64,000 nucleotides of DNA from positions 116,118-180,117 of the forward strand of contig CAVSLC010000001.1 of NCBI GenBank assembly GCA_963728565.1, written 5' to 3'. How positions within the stretch are numbered: the stretch's first letter is position 1; every line of letters begins with the position of its first letter. The translations under genes and the position numbers were made by a program. This stretch comes from an uncultured delta proteobacterium (GTDB lineage Bacteria; Desulfobacterota; Binatia; UBA9968). Under the pieces are notes generated by a model. That model did no database searches. It saw only the letters and a program-made list of their open reading frames with translations, and was not told the origin of the DNA. Shown one piece after another: positions 61,026-64,000 of this stretch.

Positions 61026-61305
61026 GCGGCGTCGGGTCATTAATACCAGCTCGGAGTATCTGCTTCATAAAAGCTCGCTTCCAGCCAATGCGCCGATCTC
61101 GTAAATAGGCCGCCCAGGCCAAAGGTCTGTGTGGAGCCGATCTCACCAAGTAAAAATGGCTGTTTACGACGCGCTAAAGCGGGCGTTCAACTTTTAACTG
61201 ACAGCCTCGATCCTTAGGAAACTTCTCGATACCTCTTTCAGCACTGCCAATCCTGGACGAACTGAGATGTTGAACCTGCGCTTTCGATAGCGCTATAGTC
61301 GGCTC

Positions 61306-61818
61306 ATGAAACAGCTCATTCCCATCGATCTCGCCGCTGTGGTTGACGAGGTCAAGGCTGAAGGCAAAGGACGGCGCGTCTTGTGGCAGGATTCCGAGTC
61401 GCTGGCGTTTCTCAGCAGCGGTCGCAAGGAGCGCAAGGATTTCCATATCGACCCCAGCGATGAGGTCACTTTGCAGCTGAGCGGCGTGCAAAATCTTGTC
61501 TATATCGACAGTGAAGGCAAGCAGCAAACCGCGGTCATCAAAGCCGGCCAGATGCTGCTTTGTCCGGGCGGCGTGCCGCACTCGCCGCGGGTTGAGGAAA
61601 ATTCCTGGTTTATCGTCTTTGAAAGAAAGCGCAAAAGCGGCGAACAAGATTACTTTACCTGGTATTGCGACAACTGCGGCGAGAAGATTTACCACGTCGC
61701 CGTTGAAGTCGGCGATTACCGCCAGGATCCGGTCTCTCGAGTGCATCAAAGATTTTACGATGACGAAAGGCTCAGGACGTGCACAAAGTGCGGTCATACC
61801 ATGCCGGTGCCGCCGTGA
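61306..61818 (+). CDS. 3-hydroxyanthranilate 3,4-dioxygenase-like cupin with rubredoxin site
   Basis: RKDFHIDPSDE, VPHSPR, VFERKR, WYCDNC...FY.D..LRTCTKCG. Confidence 0.8.
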   Translation: MKQLIPIDLAAVVDEVKAEGKGRRVLWQDSESLAFLSSGRKERKDFHIDPSDEVTLQLSGVQNLVYIDSEGKQQTAVIKAGQMLLCPGGVPHSPRVEENSWFIVFERKRKSGEQDYFTWYCDNCGEKIYHVAVEVGDYRQDPVSRVHQRFYDDERLRTCTKCGHTMPVPP

Positions 61819-61834
61819 GAGCGAAAACAATCTA

Positions 61835-62614
61835 ATGTCAAATCGATTGGCGCAACAGCTGACTAAGCTGGCGTTGGCTTATGGCGCGGCTGAAGCCGAG
61901 GTCGTCGGCGCGTTTTTCGCCGTGCCGAGACGGAAACAAGACCACCTGCGTTGGCTCAAAGCGCAAGGGTTCAAAGAGTACTCGGCGATCAAGCCGATTT
62001 TGGACGCCTTGACCCAACTCTATTCGAATATCGATAACGGCATCGCTCGCCACGACTATACCGAATTGACGGAAAAACTCGCCGACGAGACCAAGCATGC
62101 GCGTTTGGTCATGGACCTGCTCGAGGAAATCAGCGGCAAGAAAATCAAGCCGCGCGATCTCACATGGCTGCCGCAGGACCGCAAATTGGCCCGGGTGCGG
62201 GGCGGCTATTCGAAGACCTACGCCGGACTTTTACACGGGTCAGCGAAGGTGACGTCAAAGGAGATGTGCCGCAAAGATGAGGAACTGGAACGCGCCGCCA
62301 TCACCCTGACGGAAGGCGGTGGCGGCGCCTTGTATCAAGTCTGCGGCAGGCTGAAGAAGCGCGGCATAGAAGAAAAAATCGCCGCGGTATTTCGTGAAAT
62401 TCTCCAGGATGAGCTGGAACACAAAGACAGCGGTGGCCGCTCATTGGCTACCCTGGTCAAAGATCAAGCCTCATTCCGGCGCGCCGCGCGAATTATTTGC
62501 GAAGTCTCGCGCCAACGTCTGCGGATGCGCAACGAACAGTTCGGCTTTCCACTAAGCGAAGCACAGATGAAGATGCTGGACGAACGCGCCCGGCAATCGG
62601 TCGGCGGCCTGTGA
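61835..62614 (+). CDS. Ferritin-like diiron four-helix protein
   Basis: FKEY...DETKH...TEGGG...DELEH (E, ExxH, E, ExxH). Confidence 0.75.
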   Translation: MSNRLAQQLTKLALAYGAAEAEVVGAFFAVPRRKQDHLRWLKAQGFKEYSAIKPILDALTQLYSNIDNGIARHDYTELTEKLADETKHARLVMDLLEEISGKKIKPRDLTWLPQDRKLARVRGGYSKTYAGLLHGSAKVTSKEMCRKDEELERAAITLTEGGGGALYQVCGRLKKRGIEEKIAAVFREILQDELEHKDSGGRSLATLVKDQASFRRAARIICEVSRQRLRMRNEQFGFPLSEAQMKMLDERARQSVGGL

Positions 62615-63483
62615 TGCTTCTGCTGTTCTTGGTCGCTTTCTTAAGCTTGCCGTTTCATTCTCCGTTAAGCGCCGTCGAGCTTCCTCCTCTGAACGATACC
62701 ATCAATGATCTGGCCGGCATGATGCCCGAGCCCAGCTATCAAGATCTCGAAAAGCGCATGAAGCGTTTCAAGGCCCGGAGCGGCCATAGCGTGGTCGTCA
62801 TCACGCTACAAAGTCTCGAGGGTGAAGACCCCGAAAGCTTCGGTGAAAGGGCTTTCCACAGTTTACCTCTGGGAGAACTGGATCTGAAAAAAACGATTTT
62901 GCTGATTGTCGCCCGTAAGGAACATGCGGTTGGTCTGCAAATCGGCACGGAGCTAAAAGAGTTGTTTCCCGAAACCACGGCGCGAGAGAAACTGCAGAAG
63001 CATGTCGATTTGTACTTTAGCGGCATGCGTCCGGATCTGGGAATTCATTCGGCGGTCTTCCTTGTATTCAGAACCATCCGAGGAGAAGTCAAAATGGATG
63101 GCAGCACCGAGTTCGAGAAGCTCGAGGAGGCGTCGACCCAGGGTGCCGAGGCCGGTCCGATCTTCGCGATTTTCTTAGCGCCGTTTCTGGCCTTCTTTAT
63201 CGGCGCGCTTTGGGGAATCTGCTCGACCAACTATGGCGTGCAAACTGCCGTCCGCCTAACCATCGGCGCCGTGCTCGGAGGCGGTACCGCTAAGGTGGTC
63301 GCGGGTTTGATGGAACTAATGGGCGCAGTGAGTGATGGTTTGTGGTATTTCATTCTCATCCTAAGCATAGCTCTGGCAACTTTCGGCAGCCTCACCGAGT
63401 TTTGGATGGCGGGCGATTGGCGCGGCATACCCAGACTCAAGGATCCCATAGCGCGCAAACCAGAAGACAAGATGGGGATCTGA
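62614..63483 (+). CDS. TPM domain membrane protein
   Basis: Signal peptide, INDLAGMM, VVITLQSLEGE, ILLIVARKEH, three C-terminal TM helices; TGATG coupling. Confidence 0.8.
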   Translation: MLLLFLVAFLSLPFHSPLSAVELPPLNDTINDLAGMMPEPSYQDLEKRMKRFKARSGHSVVVITLQSLEGEDPESFGERAFHSLPLGELDLKKTILLIVARKEHAVGLQIGTELKELFPETTAREKLQKHVDLYFSGMRPDLGIHSAVFLVFRTIRGEVKMDGSTEFEKLEEASTQGAEAGPIFAIFLAPFLAFFIGALWGICSTNYGVQTAVRLTIGAVLGGGTAKVVAGLMELMGAVSDGLWYFILILSIALATFGSLTEFWMAGDWRGIPRLKDPIARKPEDKMGI

Positions 63484-63647
63484 AGTTAGGCTGCTGGAAT
63501 TGTAAACGCTCATCGTCATCCGCAATCGCCAATTCTTTGCTCGAAATGCCCACGAGAGGCTTCCGCCGCCAGGTAATTTTTCGCTCGACAGAAAGTGACG
63601 CTACACAGTTCAGGCGTTCTCTAGTTTCGTTCGTATCGTACGCTACA

Positions 63648-64000
63648 ATGACTTCAATCATGATAACCGACAAGCAAACGGCACAGCCGGACGTCACAGA
63701 CCGATTAGCCATTTCCCGTCGCGAGTTGCTGCGGCTCGCTGTCGGCGCCGGAATCCTTATCAGCGCGGGAGGTGCGGCCATGGCAGCAGCCACTTCATCT
63801 AACCCGATATTAACCAAACCGATTTCGCGCACGGGCGAACCGCTGCCGGTCATCGGTCTCGGAACTTGGCAGACTTTCGATGTCGGATCGGCGCAATCCG
63901 AACGCGCGCCCTTGCGCGAGGTTTTGCGCGAATTTGTCCGGTTGGGCGGCACGGTGATCGACTCCTCGCCCATGTACGGGCGATCCGAAAGCGTTGTCGG
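63648..64000 (+). CDS. Aldo/keto reductase with Tat-like signal, truncated by window edge
   Basis: Hand translation: ISRRELL..., TGEPLPVIGLGTWQTFDVG, VIDSSPMYGRSE. Confidence 0.88.
   Translation, partial: MTSIMITDKQTAQPDVTDRLAISRRELLRLAVGAGILISAGGAAMAAATSSNPILTKPISRTGEPLPVIGLGTWQTFDVGSAQSERAPLREVLREFVRLGGTVIDSSPMYGRSESVV

Noticed and set aside
1-64000. CRISPR arrays, tRNA/rRNA, prophage, integrase, defence or retroelement genes
   Set aside because: No regularly spaced repeats, cloverleaf signatures or hallmark proteins seen by eye; a formal tRNAscan/Infernal/DefenseFinder run was not possible.

Overview
Ordinary chromosomal DNA from a moderately GC-rich diderm bacterium. The gene repertoire (NitT/TauT and Tct transporters, UbiD, an orphan Mo-hydroxylase subunit, HDO-like and ferritin-like proteins) resembles Candidatus Binatia/deltaproteobacterial MAGs; this taxonomy is inference only. 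About 62 CDS, no tRNA, rRNA, CRISPR, prophage or transposase seen. Housekeeping blocks (coaBC-udg-nfeD, rimP-nusA-ylxR-infB-DUF503-rbfA-truB, ntrBC-thiE, dnaB, queF, cca, pckG, chdC) are interleaved with accessory catabolic genes. Twelve genes, including essential coaBC, carry isolated single-base indels that look like long-read errors, so split ORFs were rejoined by hand. Best candidate system: a three-subunit cobalt nitrile-hydratase-family enzyme with thiocyanate-hydrolase (scnBAC) architecture and the CSCYPR signature. It is coupled to pckG, has no recognisable activator gene, and is followed by a tandem pair of an unknown internally duplicated protein (one copy decayed) and a J-domain/Zn-ribbon co-chaperone. 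Also notable: a divergent 3-hydroxyanthranilate-dioxygenase-like gene next to a ferritin-like diiron gene and a TPM gene; an HDO/CADD-fold protein apparently missing metal ligands; a TraR/DksA-like Zn finger; DnaA-box-like sites upstream of dnaB; and a MITE plus TAGCA...TGCTA palindromes overlapping stop codons at convergent junctions.
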